From: Ancylonema sp.
Lineage: Eukaryota
Length of the DNA stretch: 64,000 bases
Assembly: GCA_050230475.1 (NCBI GenBank)
Contig: JBFLGF010000137.1
Coordinates: 1-64,000, forward strand
Reading direction: 5' to 3'
Shown here: piece after piece, positions 1 through 13,452 of the stretch
How positions within the stretch are numbered: position 1 is the first letter of the stretch
How the letters are laid out: every line of letters starts with the position of its first letter
Notes under the pieces: model-generated
What the model was told of the DNA's origin: nothing
Seen by the model: the letters and a program-made list of their open reading frames with translations, nothing else
Database searches by the model: none
Made by a program: the position numbers and the translations under genes

Positions 1-142
1 TTGGATTTTGCGGAGTATTGATTCCAACTTCACAAAAAATCATGAAATCTTTATATCAAATCTGATTGCTTCTAACAAGGTATTTTACTAGAGAGGTCTA
101 GATATTGTCACAAAGGGGTTTTACCCTTAACAGCGTCATGAC

Positions 143-1198
143 ATGTACACCAACCTTGCGCATGATAAGTTTGATGAGTGTGTAACTGATCAGATGGTGG
201 AAGAGAAAGAAGAGCTCAGGGACTTGCGAGAAGAATCGATCATCATGAGGAAAAGTTTGGAAGGTGTTGATCGGAGAGTAGGAAGGAGTGTTTTTGGAGT
301 CGGAGGAGGCATTTCTGGAAGTGGGCAACCTGCCACGGCTAATCTAAATTTCGTCGATGAAGTGACCCCCGATGTTGTGGGAAATCCTTTGCCACAGTTT
401 TAGGGTCCCCTTCCTCTTCAGAATGAGGAGCTTCCAGAACTTATGAGCAATTCAAGTGATGATGACAATGACAATATCCTGAGCCATGGTGTGCAGATGC
501 TATCAACTTTCTTTCTCCTATTCATCTCGGTAACCCTGTCGGTGAACGAGCTGTTGAGGAACTATATGCTGCAGATTCTGAGAGCAAAAAGAAATGTGTT
601 CCAAAGTTTGTTCCTCATTGTAGCAAGGACAACTAAGACAAAAACTCGAGAGACATTGACTGAGGCTTTAACCAGCCCTAAAAAATATGCGTGGCAAGCA
701 GCAATGGCAACAGAAATCAAGAAAAACAAGTTTATCAGATTGTCGACAGCCCAACGGGAAAGAAAGTCGGTCAAAGTGTTCAAAGTGATGTTTTTTGCAG
801 ATGGGCAAGTTGCAAAGTTCAAAGCCAGAGTAGTGGCTGATGGTGGTGCACTTGTTGACATTGAGGATGATGAGTATACTTCTGCAGTGATGAACTTGCC
901 CTCTGTGTTTTCTGAAAGTCCCCCAGATGTGGAAGCAGCTCTCACCTCTTTGAGTTGCTACAATCAGCATTTCGAGATGCCACAATGGGAGGGGGAACCA
1001 AGATTACTTGCATATGTCAAGGAAAGTGACCAGTTGAATGGGAAGTATCCCCAAACAGGAAATCTGCAGACTCTTGACTATTTTGTTCGTGATGCTGGTG
1101 ATGATGTTGAAAATTTCAAAAGCAAGGAATATGTGAGCTCGGAAACAGTGTGTTCATGGAGTTGGATTGATGCGTGGGTTGAAGACCGGTTTTGGTAA
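143..1198 (+). pseudogene. Degenerate Ty1/copia pol remnant (integrase-RT linker and start of RT)
   Basis: Reads EELPELMSNSSDDD, then TLTEALTSP..AWQAAMATEI and VFKV..ADGQVAKFKARVVADG, typical of the copia RT N-terminus. The rest of RT is not recognisable and there is an in-frame stop at 401-403. Confidence 0.6.
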
Positions 1199-1755
1199 AC
1201 TCTTCAGGATTTGGATGCCTATGCAAGTCACGACAAGGTGCTATCGAGTTAACGTGGGACATATGTTTGGTTTCTTGGTTTTGTTCTGGTAAATCGATAT
1301 CGTTGTTTATCGTTTTTGGAGGGGGGAAACAAAAGTTCCTTGGAAGGGGGTGTTATTTTTTAGGATCTGTGAACTTTTGTCTTTATATCGATTTTGGGGC
1401 TTAAGTTTAGTCTTGTCGATTTTGTCGTTTTGCCCGTCGATATGATTGTGATGTTACTTGGCAGACGTGGCAGACATGTCGATAAGAGTAGGTGACTTGG
1501 CACAATCCTAGAATACGATTGGTGTTGACTCATTAGTTCGATCAATAGAGATCCTTTGACTAGGAGGGGGCACGAACCACACTCGACTGTACAAGGTCTA
1601 GCCTTGCATGCAAAATTTTGTAATCAATACTTTCTACTTCAAACGTGCATTTTTGTTGTGTCGACGTTTGTAATGACGTGATCTATTTGTTTCAAAGAGA
1701 TTAAGAGATTCAAAGAGAGTATTCTTGCATCGATGGCAGAAGAAAGTTCTCACCC

Positions 1756-1860
1756 CATAGTTGGGCGCGCACATGTGCGCGGGTTTGGCGCACATGTTCC
1801 GACCATGGGCGTATCGCGCACATGTTCCGAACTTGTGCGCATCGCGCAACTCCTCGCAAA
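1756..1860. repeat. DNA-transposon-like terminus with repeated GCGCACATGT palindromic motifs
   Basis: Begins CATAGTTGGGCGCGCAC, similar to the ends of the MITEs at 43376-43485 and 53266-53643. GCGCACATGT occurs three times. Partner end not found. Confidence 0.4.
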
Positions 1861-2767
1861 ATCTGGCCAAAAAAAAAAAAAGGTTAAGAGCCGCCGCTCA
1901 TAGTAGTAAGCGGGTATGGGTTGATTTCCAATTTCCCTTTGGCGGTCCATTTTCGATCGTGTTCGAATCGTGATCGGGTCCGACCATGTACTGCTTGCAA
2001 TGAGGAAATACATCGGCAAAATTGGGGATAAATACGACTTGGACACGATTGCCGATCTTTTGAGCGGATGATACCAATAGTGACGTGTGAGGTTTGTGTA
2101 AAATACAATTTGATTATTGTTGATCTAATGGCGCATTCAATGAAATTGTGGTTATGCCCATGTGCCTATCAGCATTTGCCCATCGCTATCTCCACATAGC
2201 AAAATCAGATCATTGACCAATTTTATGCAGGTCACACGTGAACTTTTACAGAAAATCGCGTTTTATGATTCATGAATGCTTCATTGCGTGTATCTTGTTG
2301 GTCGTAGAGGGCACTAGGATTACTCAATGTGAAACACAAATTCTACCCGCAAAGACATCGACCATCACTCATAGCCGATACATAGATTTTAGATCTCATA
2401 GTCTATGACATATAAAAACCACCTGAGAGCAAACTCTCAAAAAACACTAGATTCCTAGTCAATTCATGCTTTTTTTGGTTGGCTAAATTTCATTTCAGAG
2501 TGGCAATGTCCGGAGATGTACATATAATAACTCGCGTTTGTGGTGGCCTTGGTTGCGAGATTTATAATGAAGTGTCTTAAGGTAATATGTCGACTATCGA
2601 ATGGACCAAGAACTAGCATTTAAACTTCGGAAACGATGCTAAATACGCAAGTGCATATTGTACACAACCATTTCACACATTGTCCTTAAAACGAGGGCGT
2701 GCTCATCCATTTTCTGAAACATGCATCCAATAAGCAAAACTCACAACATGACATTTATCTTGTTGTG

Positions 2768-3251
2768 TCATCCTCGATCCGATTTTTTCATAACATGAGC
2801 ATGCTCTGACGCCACTCGCTCAGATATGGCTCGCATTCGTCCCAAGAACGAGGTCAATATTTCTTCCCCACCCACACTTCCCCCAGAGGAAGGTTCCATA
2901 ATGCTCCCCTCATCATCGCGAGCCACAAGACTCAGTTCTCGTGGCACATTCTCCTCTCTCTCGTTTCCTTCTCTCAACGGACCCATCACCTCCTCCTCTT
3001 CCAAGAGTCCGCCACCCATGTAACTCCCCATCGACTCACTATGGTTCTCTCCCGACACACTCCCACTTTCCCCAGAAAGCAACTGCTCAACAAGCATGGG
3101 TCGCTGCAGGGCATTGAGCGGGACCTCTGCATTGTCCATCTGCGTGGTGGGCAGCTGAACGGGAAACTCGACACCCCTCACTTCTTCTTCTACCTCACTC
3201 TTCGATAGCTCGTCCATACTAATGCTTTCCTCCGCCTCTTCCTCCCCCTCT

Positions 3252-3283
<32 letters not shown>

Positions 3284-4960
3284 CTCCTCCTCCTCCTCCT
3301 CCTTCCCATATTCCTCCTCACCCTCTACATCTTCCACCTCTTCTTCCTCTTTCATTGCCCTTTTCTCCTTCCCTTCCACCTCTCCCTCTAATTCTCGCCC
3401 TTCCACCACAATCCCCTCTTCTTCCTCTTCCTCCTCTTTCTTTGCCTCATTCCCTCGCACTTCCGCCTCTCCCTCTACCTCCTCCACTTCCCCCTCTTCC
3501 CCCTCTTCCCCATCTTCCTCCACTTCCCCCTCATCCACCTCCCCCTCCAGCTTCTCCTTGTCTACTTCATCCTCCTCCCCCCCCACATTCGCCCCCCCCA
3601 CCTCTCCCCCCTCCGCCTCCCCCCTGTTGCCCACATTATCAACCCCTCCTCCTCCACCCACACCCCCACTTGCCCCTTCACGTATGCCGCTTTCATTATG
3701 TGCCCCCTCCCTTTCCTCCTCACCTTCCCCGTCCCATTCACCTTCTTGCCCATTCTCCCGCCCACCCACTCCTTCACTCCTTTCACCTACGACTACAGCT
3801 GCCCCCATACCCCCCCCCCCACCCTGCCCACCTGCACTTCTCTCCACAACTACAATTTCTTCACTCTCGTTTTCATTCATCCCTCCATTTGTGTTCTCCC
3901 CATCCATTCCGTCTCCACCCATCCTCTCCCCCTTCTCCTCTTCCATGCTGCCCCTCTCCTCCTGAGTCCCTTCACCACTTTCCCACTCCCCTTCCTCCCC
4001 TCCTACCATACTCCCTTCCACACCCCCCACCCCACCCCCCTCTTCTTTCCCCCTTTCCCCTTCTATCCCCTCCCCATTTCCCCCCTCAGCCTCCTTCCCC
4101 TTTGCTTCTATCGCATTCCCTCCACTATACTCCTCTTCCGTCACTCCTTTCAATACCCACTTGCCTTCACTCGTTTGACGTCCGTCCCCTTCCTCCCCTT
4201 CCTTTTCCCCCAGCTCAACCTCCTCCCCCCCCTCTGAACCCCCCCACCATTCCTCCCCTGACTCCTCCCACATGTCGTCGGAAGCCCCTGAGAGGACTGA
4301 GCGAATGCTAAGGGGGCTGTTGGGAGCAGTTCGGAAGGGGGTGGGGGGGTGCGAACTATTCGGGTGCCTCCCCCCCCACTCTTCGCCACCGGCATCTACG
4401 CGAGCTGGAGCGGCTTCAGGAGATCTCCCACTTCCCCCCCCCTCCCTCACCCCCTCCCCCACCCCCCCCTCCTCCCCCTCCCACTCCCCCTCCCCCTCCT
4501 CCTCCCCCTCCCACTCCCCCTCCCCCTCCTCCTCCCCCTCCTCCGCCTTCCCCTCTTCATCTCCCTCTCCCTCCCCATTGCTCTGCCCTTCTATCCTCAC
4601 CCTCAACTCGGGCAGAGTAACAGCAGCTACAACCTCATTCCCCCCCCCCCCCCCCCCCCTCTCCTCCTGCTCAACTTCGGGGGCAAGCTCTGACTCTCCG
4701 TTTGCGTCACCAACTTCTCCACTCTTTTTGTCGTCTTCAGAAGGTCCCCTTCCCTTGCTGGCCAGGAACGATCGGATTCCGACCACCACCACACTTCCTG
4801 CGGCAACTCCGAATGCGACAGTGCGAATCTTTCTCTCTATCCGAAGGTCGCTCTGGGGTCCCTCTGGGGCACTTGGTTTTCCGTTTTTGCCTCTTTTCGC
4901 CTTCCATATGAAATGCAACGCGGCTCCTGCCACTCCCACTGCTGCCACTACTCTGGCCAT
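2768..4960 (-). CDS. 730-aa Glu/Gly-rich low-complexity protein with two N-terminal hydrophobic segments, function unknown
   Basis: Uninterrupted 2.2-kb ORF. ATG is in ccATGg context just after a TTTTTCAG acceptor. VVAAVGVAGAALHFIW and VAFGVAAGSVVVVGI each have basic residues downstream. Confidence 0.75.
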
Positions 4961-7198
4961 GGCTGAAAAATAGGGACAAGAAGAACTGGGTTAATCATTC
5001 TATCAGTAAAGGATTGCTTGTATTCAGTTAGGAGACATTGAGGAGCATCCCCTGATAGAGGCGCAAACTTGAGAAACATTTGAGTGGTCGGTGGATCACG
5101 GAGAGATGGATAATATACACAGGTACAATGAACAAGTTTACATGTATATGATTATGTTCTTATACATGTACGCTTGTATCTGGATGTATAAGTGCATCTA
5201 TGTTGAGTATGTGTCAGTTGAAATTTATGTACACACATGTACCTGTATGTACTGTGTACGCAGAAACTTGGCCATGTGCGTGTGTCTATACGTCTGTATG
5301 TATATACATATTTGTGTTTGTGTTAGTTTGTATGCATGTGCAAACGTCTGCATGCGGATGAAAGGTTGAACGCCCATTACCTCAAAGCACAAACCACAAG
5401 GGTGTCAGAGAAGCGGTTGGAGAAAAAAACTATTAAGAGTTTGATTGTCGGTTCGTTTCTACACATTCAATCAAAAGCCCCTCGCCAGATAAGCCCAGAC
5501 TATACAGGAGGGCGCCTATAAGAAGCACGATAAAACAGTCCTCAGGTCAAATTTTCAATGATGGGTACGCTGCCGGTTACGCTGCTGGTTACCAAGTAGA
5601 ATTAGAGTCTCCAGCTGTGATCTGTCTGCTGCCAGGCTTCCAAAATGTAAAGTAGCAGCCGTACCTTCTGTACCCTCTATCCGAAGAGACGATATGATTT
5701 CCACTGAGAGGTCCAGTCACAGACCGTCTGCAAAAGACAATGAGCTCACCGTCAGAACGAGCTCACCAACAGGTGGTAACGCGGGGCCACGTGATGATGC
5801 AAAATATTGATGATAACTTTCTCATTCAGAGTGCGAACGATGAGCTGGCCGAAGAACCTGCTCCATACAGTAGAGAAAACGGGGTTCAGAATTTGCGGTG
5901 ATATCGGTGTGCGGATCCTTACGATGGCGGATTTTGATGTCCTTGAGAGGTAATCACATGAACTGTATGAGCGTGTCCTTTTGTGACCACAAAAATTGGA
6001 AATCATATATAGAACGACTGTCCTTTCGAGGGTTCTATTTACACGCCGAATGTACCAGATATGGATCCCATCCGAGCTAAATCACTGTTGCTACTAACGA
6101 GCCATGGCTATCTGTCCCCAGTCTATGTTGATGTGAAGAAGGTGTAAAATACTACTACCAAGAGTACATGACTTGTGTCAATACCCACTGCAGGCGTTAC
6201 ATCGAAGAGCAATACTGATGTCACACGGATGCCACTGATGCCACTTCTTAAGTACAGCATAAGAAAAACACTGATTCGTCGCCAGCTGGCAGCACTAGCT
6301 CGTCATTAGGGCGCAAGCCCCGAGCTCCGAGCTTCACTTTCCCGCCGTGCGGTGTCGCACAACGAGTCGTTATGCGAATCGTATCGTATCTTTATTAAGG
6401 ATACGATACGAAATTTCGGCACGGGAAAATCGATCCGTAGCCCCGTCATTCATAACCAGTCCGTAACCTAGCGGACGACGTGCCGCGATCTACAGGACAT
6501 GGGCCGGGATTTTGAACACTAGTTATGGCGTCAGAAGAGGCCACGTTGCACTTACGGACGGTGCGCAAATCTCCGACAAATCTCCGAATCTAAATAATAA
6601 TCCTGACGACAGACCAACGGCTCACAGGCCACCAAGTCTGTTCGAACCGTATCTACGGTCCCCGTCAGTGAAAAGGGGCGTCGAAATAATTCGTAGGGCG
6701 TCGAAATACGAACTCCCCTCCCCTTATACTTATCGACGTTATATTTTCAGTTGACTGGCCAAAACTTTTGCTAGTCAACTAAATCTGCGAAGTTTAAAAA
6801 AAATCCCGAAAATACAGAAAATTTGGAAAAGTCGGCTGTGCTAAACGGTTGGTCTGCCAATCTGGCTTCCGCAGAAACCACCATGTCAGAATGTCAGAAT
6901 GGCAATCGACGACGGTAAGGTACTGGGCGGCAGTCAGATCCAGCAAACGCGGCTTCTCACACGAATAGCGTGAGCCTCATCATCCACGTCGTGAAGTCAG
7001 CAAGTCGGCCCCTAAGTGAGCTTTCTCCCCCTTCGGGGGTAGTTCTGCGGTGATCAGCTCGATGGTTTGGATTTGGCCCCGATCATAACAGACTGCAGGT
7101 GGACGCCCGCCTTCCTTTCCCAATTTCCGCGGCAGTTGATGCAGTTTACTTTGCTGAGGTAGCTGCAGGAGCTGACTGTTGGGGCCCAACGTAAGATC

Positions 7199-9163
7199 AT
7201 GCAGTATGCCAATGTCCTCATATTGACATTGCTGCTCCTAGTAAATCCAGTCTCGTCGAAGTTTGCCTGGCAGCGCGATGGACTCTCTGCTCGCTTCAAG
7301 ACCGGGGTGCCAGGTGGAGTGGAGCGTGGAGCACGTGGCACGCACCTGAATTCCAAAGGTACACGGCACGATTGGTTTTTCTAACACGACGGTATGAGGT
7401 ATTCATAGAAAGCCAGTCAGGGACGTATTTCACTGTGGGGCCCCTCACAGTCTCTCCGGTCTTGACTATTACCTGCATTCAGACGCACGTGTTTCGCCCT
7501 CGGAATATGTTGAAAGCGAGATACCAGCAGCATTCTTCTGTTTGTGCGCGTGATAGCCGCTCCCTCTGCAGTAGTATATCGTTATAGTTGAAACAGGTGT
7601 CTACAATGCTGGAAGCTGCTCACTTTATTCACCCTATATAACAAAATCCCATTGCCCCCCTCTGCTATTGAGCGCTATTGACACGGCAGGCATACTCTCT
7701 AGTCCTTCTTCCCCACTATGTATATGAAACGTGACGATGAATAATATGTCGTAGTGCGTCTACACGCAATGCAGTTCGCTGGTCGATATTATATTTGTGT
7801 TAGATACAGACATATCAGACCGCTTCGCTCCTGTTTGTCCACCGCACTTTTCAGGCTTCAGGATTCCTTGGCTGAGCTGGCTGGGCTTTCCGCCTGCACC
7901 TCATGCTATACCTGTACCCGCCCCCGCCCGGGACGGGTATGCTGCCCTCCCTCGACCGCTTCCCAGCTCTGCGAGCCGTAGACATCTGACGGACGGATCT
8001 CAAGCTCCAGCCCCGCCTCCCACTACCCGTAAGGCCGTAACCGTCAACCAAGAACCGGACTGAATTTGGAGTCTTACTTTCATCCACTTCTAGGCAATGC
8101 CCCGAACTCAGTTTTTTTGGAGGTGGATTTTATGATTGGAATATGTACTCGGGGTTGAAGTTGTGATGCGCTTCATACTTGCGCCTCTGCTTTCTTCGGA
8201 ATCGTTCCTCCTGGTTTCGAAGAAGCTACAGGAGAGTTCGGGAATGACACCTCTTGTCGGTGAAACCTGGAATACGAACCCGTTATTCGTTACCTGTAAC
8301 CTGTGGACTGAAACCTGTAACCTGCCGCCTGTATATTCAATTGTGGTCGCTGTTCTCACCACGAATTTGTGGAAATGAATCGTCATCAAAGCATAAGCAT
8401 ACCTAAGTTTGCACTCATCTGGTTTGTGGTTTCTCATCCCCTCCCCCTCCGCCATGCAGCCTCGTTCTGTGATCGTCACAATGTTTCGCTTTCGTTAGTA
8501 GCCAAGGGGGACATTGTCCCCGCCCCCAACACGCTCTCCTTGGTTGAGATGATTGTGAGCAACAATTGCAGCCACACCATCGTCGAGTTAGTCCTCTCCA
8601 TATACCTTCAGCACACATCCGCACTACTCATGCCGGACGCGCGAATCATCGGGGCCAGTTATGGCGGCCAGTACCTGAGAGTAAGTCTCTGGCTGCGTAC
8701 GTGCTTTGGGTTGCTTCTAGTATTCATTTCTTCTGTTTTGGTTCTGGGTTCCCGGTTTCCTTGCGCTTTTTCTTTTCGGATTTTCAGATTCTTCCCGTGT
8801 TTGATTTTGGTTACGGGTATTTTTTTTTTTTTGATATTTTTTGTTCAATTATTTTGAATCACCATCTATCATTTAAGAGTGGAAGATGAACAAAAGCCTG
8901 TAAATGGGTTTCAATAACTACTATGGATTGGCGGCGTGACTCTAGGCTGACAGATTATTAGTTGTTGTGCGATTTCATTGTTGCTTGTTAGGTTCATGCT
9001 TCATGTTTGGTCGGTTTGTTTCTTTCAGGTCCAGCCAATCCATACCCCAACCTACGTCCTTCAACCCCATCACTCTCTGAGTCTCGTCTTTACCTCCAAC
9101 CAAACCACTGCAACCAACTATAACTTCTACGTGAACACGGTCACGTACAGCACCGTTTCGTGA
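7199..9163 (+). CDS. Predicted 4-exon secreted protein (229 aa) with TPD1-like architecture; exons 7199-7358, 7855-8028, 8460-8680, 9029-9163
   Basis: Signal-peptide-like MQYANVLILTLLLLVNPVSS. All three introns are GT-AG with pyrimidine-rich acceptors and compatible phases (1,1,0), giving a 690-nt open frame. A Pro-rich pro-region containing RRHL precedes a beta-rich domain (C...VEMIVSNNC...TSALL...SLSLVF...YNFYVNTVTY). Confidence 0.6.
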
Positions 9164-11042
9164 AGAGGGAAGGTCTGCGGTCACTTTGGTGGTGCCCTGA
9201 GTGGGAATAGGACTTTGCGACTACACATTAGAGGGCTATTATAATCATCCACATACACAATAGTCCCTGAGTTTGTGCGCCACTCTTTCTAATTTTACAG
9301 TATACTTGTGATACACTATGCCTTACGGGTTACCTCGGGGCCTTTTACGAAGAGGCATCAATATTGTAGAGGGGGGGGGGGGTTTCGGGATCTGATGTGG
9401 TAGAATGTTGTACCGCTCATGGATAATGATACTTGAATATTTATGTATAGGGTGGAGTGGGTCATGTAATACATTTATTTTTTGTCGCTTCAAATCAATT
9501 TTACTCATTGTCATTGTCATTGGTATTTGTTTTTGAAGTTTCAACATTTTTGTCGTTGTCATTGTCTCTTGCCATTTATGGCGAGAAAACAAATATGTTA
9601 CGCACAATCGTGAATTAAGTTATTGAAACTTCAAATAACAACTAAAATTGGCGGAAGCGGCGAAGGTGGTTCGGATTAAATCACCATTCGGTTGTCCAAG
9701 ACCAAGTACCTCTCTCTTTGAGCGATACACCAATTTCTTCTAACACTCGTAGAAATCTCAAGGTTGGCTAGGAAACATGGTTGACACATGAGAGCGATGG
9801 GCTATGAATAAAGTTTGCATGAGCCTTCCTATTGTAAATAGGAAATGGAGGCCGCGTGAGCTTTACGTACACAGTGAACACAACGTTTAAATGCAAGAAA
9901 TGTGAGACAGAAGTGCAATACAAGCTAGGGTAGTTGTCACCATATATTTTAAAAAAACATGAAATTTACATCTATTGCAAACGTGACCTCTTGTACGTCT
10001 TGTTATTCCAAAAGTGGTTTGTGTTACGAAGATTTATGATATTGTTTATTGAATCACCAGATGTTGTTGGTAGGATGTTGTCGGATTATTTCATTTTGGA
10101 GGCTACTATTTATGTCTGCTTGTAAGCGAGAATTCCTAGGTGGGGCCAAATTTGGTCAACATTACCTCTTAAAAGGTACCTCAACATCACCCCTCAACAG
10201 TGCCTCAAGAGTACCTCAACAATACCTCTTAACAGTACCTACCAGAAGTTACTTGGCGTGCTTGGCCCCGCACAAGTGCGGGGATTAAGCAAAAGCGTTC
10301 GGCATACATCCAAATGCGGACACGTGTTGTTAACATTTGTAACTAGTTATGCTAAATTGGAGATGAGGGTTTGGGTAGGTTTTGCTTTGAAGTCGACGTG
10401 TGAAATTGAGAGAAGTGCATATCATCGCGAAAAGTCATGAACATCGGTCCTGAAGGTGAATCGAGATTGACTACTTTGGGTGCAAATGAAGTGTTGGCAA
10501 AGTGGCATATTGCGTGAACTTTGATACATTGGGTATTTGTCAATTGCCATTGGTGCATTGTCCACGTTGAATAGAACAAGTCCTACACGTCTATCATAGC
10601 GGAAAAGTATATTGGCACTTCTGCATTCAATAGTCGATGTTCCAATCACTCGTTCGCAAGCTATTTTGTGGTACTTCTTGGCATTCGGATGATCGACAAG
10701 TGTTATCCGTCCCTTGGCATAGGCTGAAGTCATGGTTCCCATCTAAGCTTTATTTGATTCTCCTAGTTGATTTCGTCGAGGGTCGGTAATACCGATGCAC
10801 CGATCTTCGGAACCGGGTTCTCAAGTCCGCATCTCAGACCGGGGCCCGTCCTTCGAGGCCCAAAACCTCGAATTGGCTATACAACGTTAATTGGTTTTAT
10901 ATGTTTTTTTCCTTATAGAAAAACAATCTAAAATAGTTTATTACTCTGTAAATTACACACTTCAATTCTATAGAAACTTCATATAAATATTTACGCAAGC
11001 CATTAACGAATGTACAAAAAAAAAAAAAAAAAAAAAAAAAAA

Positions 11043-11609
11043 CAGTGATGTACTTGGACGGGGCCCGTCTTCTGGACGGCACGTATTCTGCACGGGGCGT
11101 AGAGCAATCTGCCGTCCCTGGAAAACGCAAACGTCGTACGGATTTCCTCGCAAACGTCCCGAATACGTCCGTGAAATGTGGCAAACGTGTATGGACTGTA
11201 CGGATGCAAACGTTTGCGATTGCAAACGTTTGAAATACGTTTGTGAAATGCAGCAACGTGTACGGATTGTACGGATGTAAACGTTTGCCATCGCCATCGT
11301 TTGCGTGTAGTTTTTTATTTTATTTTATTTTTCGGAAGTTTCACAAAATATTGGCTACGTTTTCATGGTGAACGTCATGAACTAATGATGACGAGTCTTA
11401 CAAAGTTTCATCCTTATGTTACCGGAAGTGTACTACAAATAAAATGAAGAAATACGCTACTGACGTTTGCAAAACGTTTGCAAATTCGAACGTTTGCAAA
11501 ACGTTTGCAAATGCAAACGTTTTGCGAAGACCGTTTGCAACTTTTTCCGTTCGCACGTATTCCGTACGTAGGCCTTTGCAAGCATTTTTGCCGTCCCTGT
11601 GCATCACTG
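11043..11609. mobile_element. hAT-type non-autonomous element (MITE), 567 bp
   Basis: TIR CAGTGATGTAC ... GTGCATCACTG, with A runs of at least 8 on both sides (possible 8-bp TSD). Many GCAAACGTTTGC palindromes. Further partial copies occur in the window. Confidence 0.75.
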
Positions 11610-11667
11610 AAAAAAAACATTGTGAGACATCGATTTTTCGTGAAACCAATGACGAAGTACTAATTTC

Positions 11668-11985
11668 TAGTGATGCACCAGGACGGGGCCCGGGTATTCT
11701 GTACGGCACGTCTTCCGCACGGGGCCGAGAGCAATCTGTTGTCCCTGGCAAATGCAAACGTCGTACGGATTTGCTCGCAAACGTCCGGTTTTGTCCGTGA
11801 AATGCGGCAAACTTGTACGGACTATACGGATGCACACGTTTGCGATTGCAAACGTTTGAAATACGTCCGTAAAATGCGGCAAGCGTGTAAGGATTGTACG
11901 GATGCAAACGTTTGCGATCGCAAACGTTTGCGTGTGGTACTTTTTCTTTTCTTTTTGAAAGTTTCACAAAATATGGGTTATTGGT
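11668..11985 (+). repeat. Partial second copy (left half) of the 11043-11609 MITE
   Basis: Starts TAGTGATGCACCAGGACGGGGCCC and aligns by eye with 11043-11360. Confidence 0.75.
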
Positions 11986-12571
11986 TAAATATTATCGAAA
12001 TGTCTACCATCTGACGGGTGAGCGTCGTTCACGACCCTGTCCCATCCCCCGATGCCGTCCGAATCCCCTGTTGTCAGTAGATTCTGTACACATTCACAAC
12101 CGACTCTACCTTTTTTACTTAGGTCTTTTCAAGAGACCTAAGTTTCATCACTCCCTTTCGGCTGGTTGAAATAATCTGACATGGACCGTACTTATGTACG
12201 ATTCTGTCCACGTCAGGTCGCTCCGGGATCAGCGATTGGATGATATTTGCCGGATTTGAAGTTTTTTTTTTTTTTTTTAAAGCTCGGATGACATGTCAGC
12301 GCTGATTTGTCGTGCTGTGATTGGCTAATTTTGACGTTTTCGAGTTTTCGCGATGGAAAATTTTGCGTAAGATTCTCTCTGTATTTCGGGGGTTGGAGGT
12401 TGGTGTAAGTGGGGGGCCACCACGTACTCCACCTGTATAAAAAAATCGCGTTCGTTATAGCATGCTATTTCATGTGTGCTAGGCCCCCAACTACAATGAT
12501 TTTTATTATTTTGCTTCTACCCTCATCCGTGTGGGATGTGCGATTCTGTGCCGCAAGGAGTTTGGAGTTTA

Positions 12572-13157
12572 GAGCATCAACTATGGTCGGACTACTTGGC
12601 CCTGACTACTATTTGCGCCACGAACCGGGTCGAATCTGGTCGAATTTCCCGTACTATGGTCGGGACTAGACAGCTTTCGAGGGACTACGATTTGTCCTTT
12701 TTAAAGCGCCATCACAACTTCTAGGCAATGTTGTCCCCGAGAACTACTGAGTAGTCCTTCAGACTAACGAATCAGAGGCGCTGAAATGACGCGGCCCAGA
12801 TCTCGTCGAAAAAAATAAACGACCGCGATGAACATCCCGGTGACGATTGACGGACGGATGTTGGTAAATTCTGAGCGACAAATCCCGTCGTACGTTGCGC
12901 TCTAATTTTACGACCTCAAACGAGCCACATCTACAATTTCCCAAGCGGATCTAAGGATTGACGGCCACGATGCTCCACCTGACGCGAAATTGCTGAGGTG
13001 GCAGTAGTCCGCGATCTAGTCCCTGACCATAGTGCCTGACCATAGTGCGGCGACAAAATTTGGCGAGCCAATGCCCCAATGACAGACAACTCGGGCGGTT
13101 AACCTGGACTACTCGTCGAGTTGTCCTTGAAAAGTAGTCCGACCATAGTTGATGCTC
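12572..13157. mobile_element. PIF/Harbinger (Tourist-like) MITE, 586 bp
   Basis: Perfect 26-bp TIR GAGCATCAACTATGGTCGGACTACTT, with TTA target duplication at 12569-12571 and 13158-13160. Confidence 0.9.
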
Positions 13158-13364
13158 TTAGTGCACACTCTTCCCCCACTCACCTTGCGGCACATAGTAC
13201 AGATTTTTATTTTTTTAAGTGACCCAGCGAGCATCTATGTGGGCGCTCTAGCTGAGGTTTTTGAAAGAAAACAGAAATAAAAAAACTGGTTTTTGTTCTA
13301 GTATTTTCTCGGACAATTATATCTTTTTCTTTCTATTTTACACAATTTCAAATTCGATTAAAAG

Positions 13365-13452
13365 GCTAGTTGTCTGGCTGGCTAGCTGTCTGGCTAGGTG
13401 TCCGGCTGGCTGATTGGCTGGCTGGCTGGCCGGATAGCTGGCTGGCTAGCTG
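13365..13452. repeat. Degenerate (GGCT)n microsatellite
   Basis: Repeated ggct/ggctg units. Confidence 0.7.

Noticed and set aside
3222..4973. Long Ser/Pro-rich plus-strand ORFs (also 35911-36558 minus and 62260-63056 plus)
   Set aside because: Antisense shadows of G/A-rich coding sequence on the other strand.
8369..8857. Stand-alone 162-aa ORF
   Set aside because: Better explained as exon 3 of the 7199-9163 gene, with a strong acceptor at 8459 and donor at 8681.
9700..10745. Possible decayed DNA-transposase fragments (CKKC motif, ORF 10422-10742)
   Set aside because: No diagnostic motif set could be recognised by eye.
11200..11940. Repeated palindromes as a possible CRISPR array
   Set aside because: Irregular spacing, no unique spacers, no cas genes; explained by MITE subterminal repeats.
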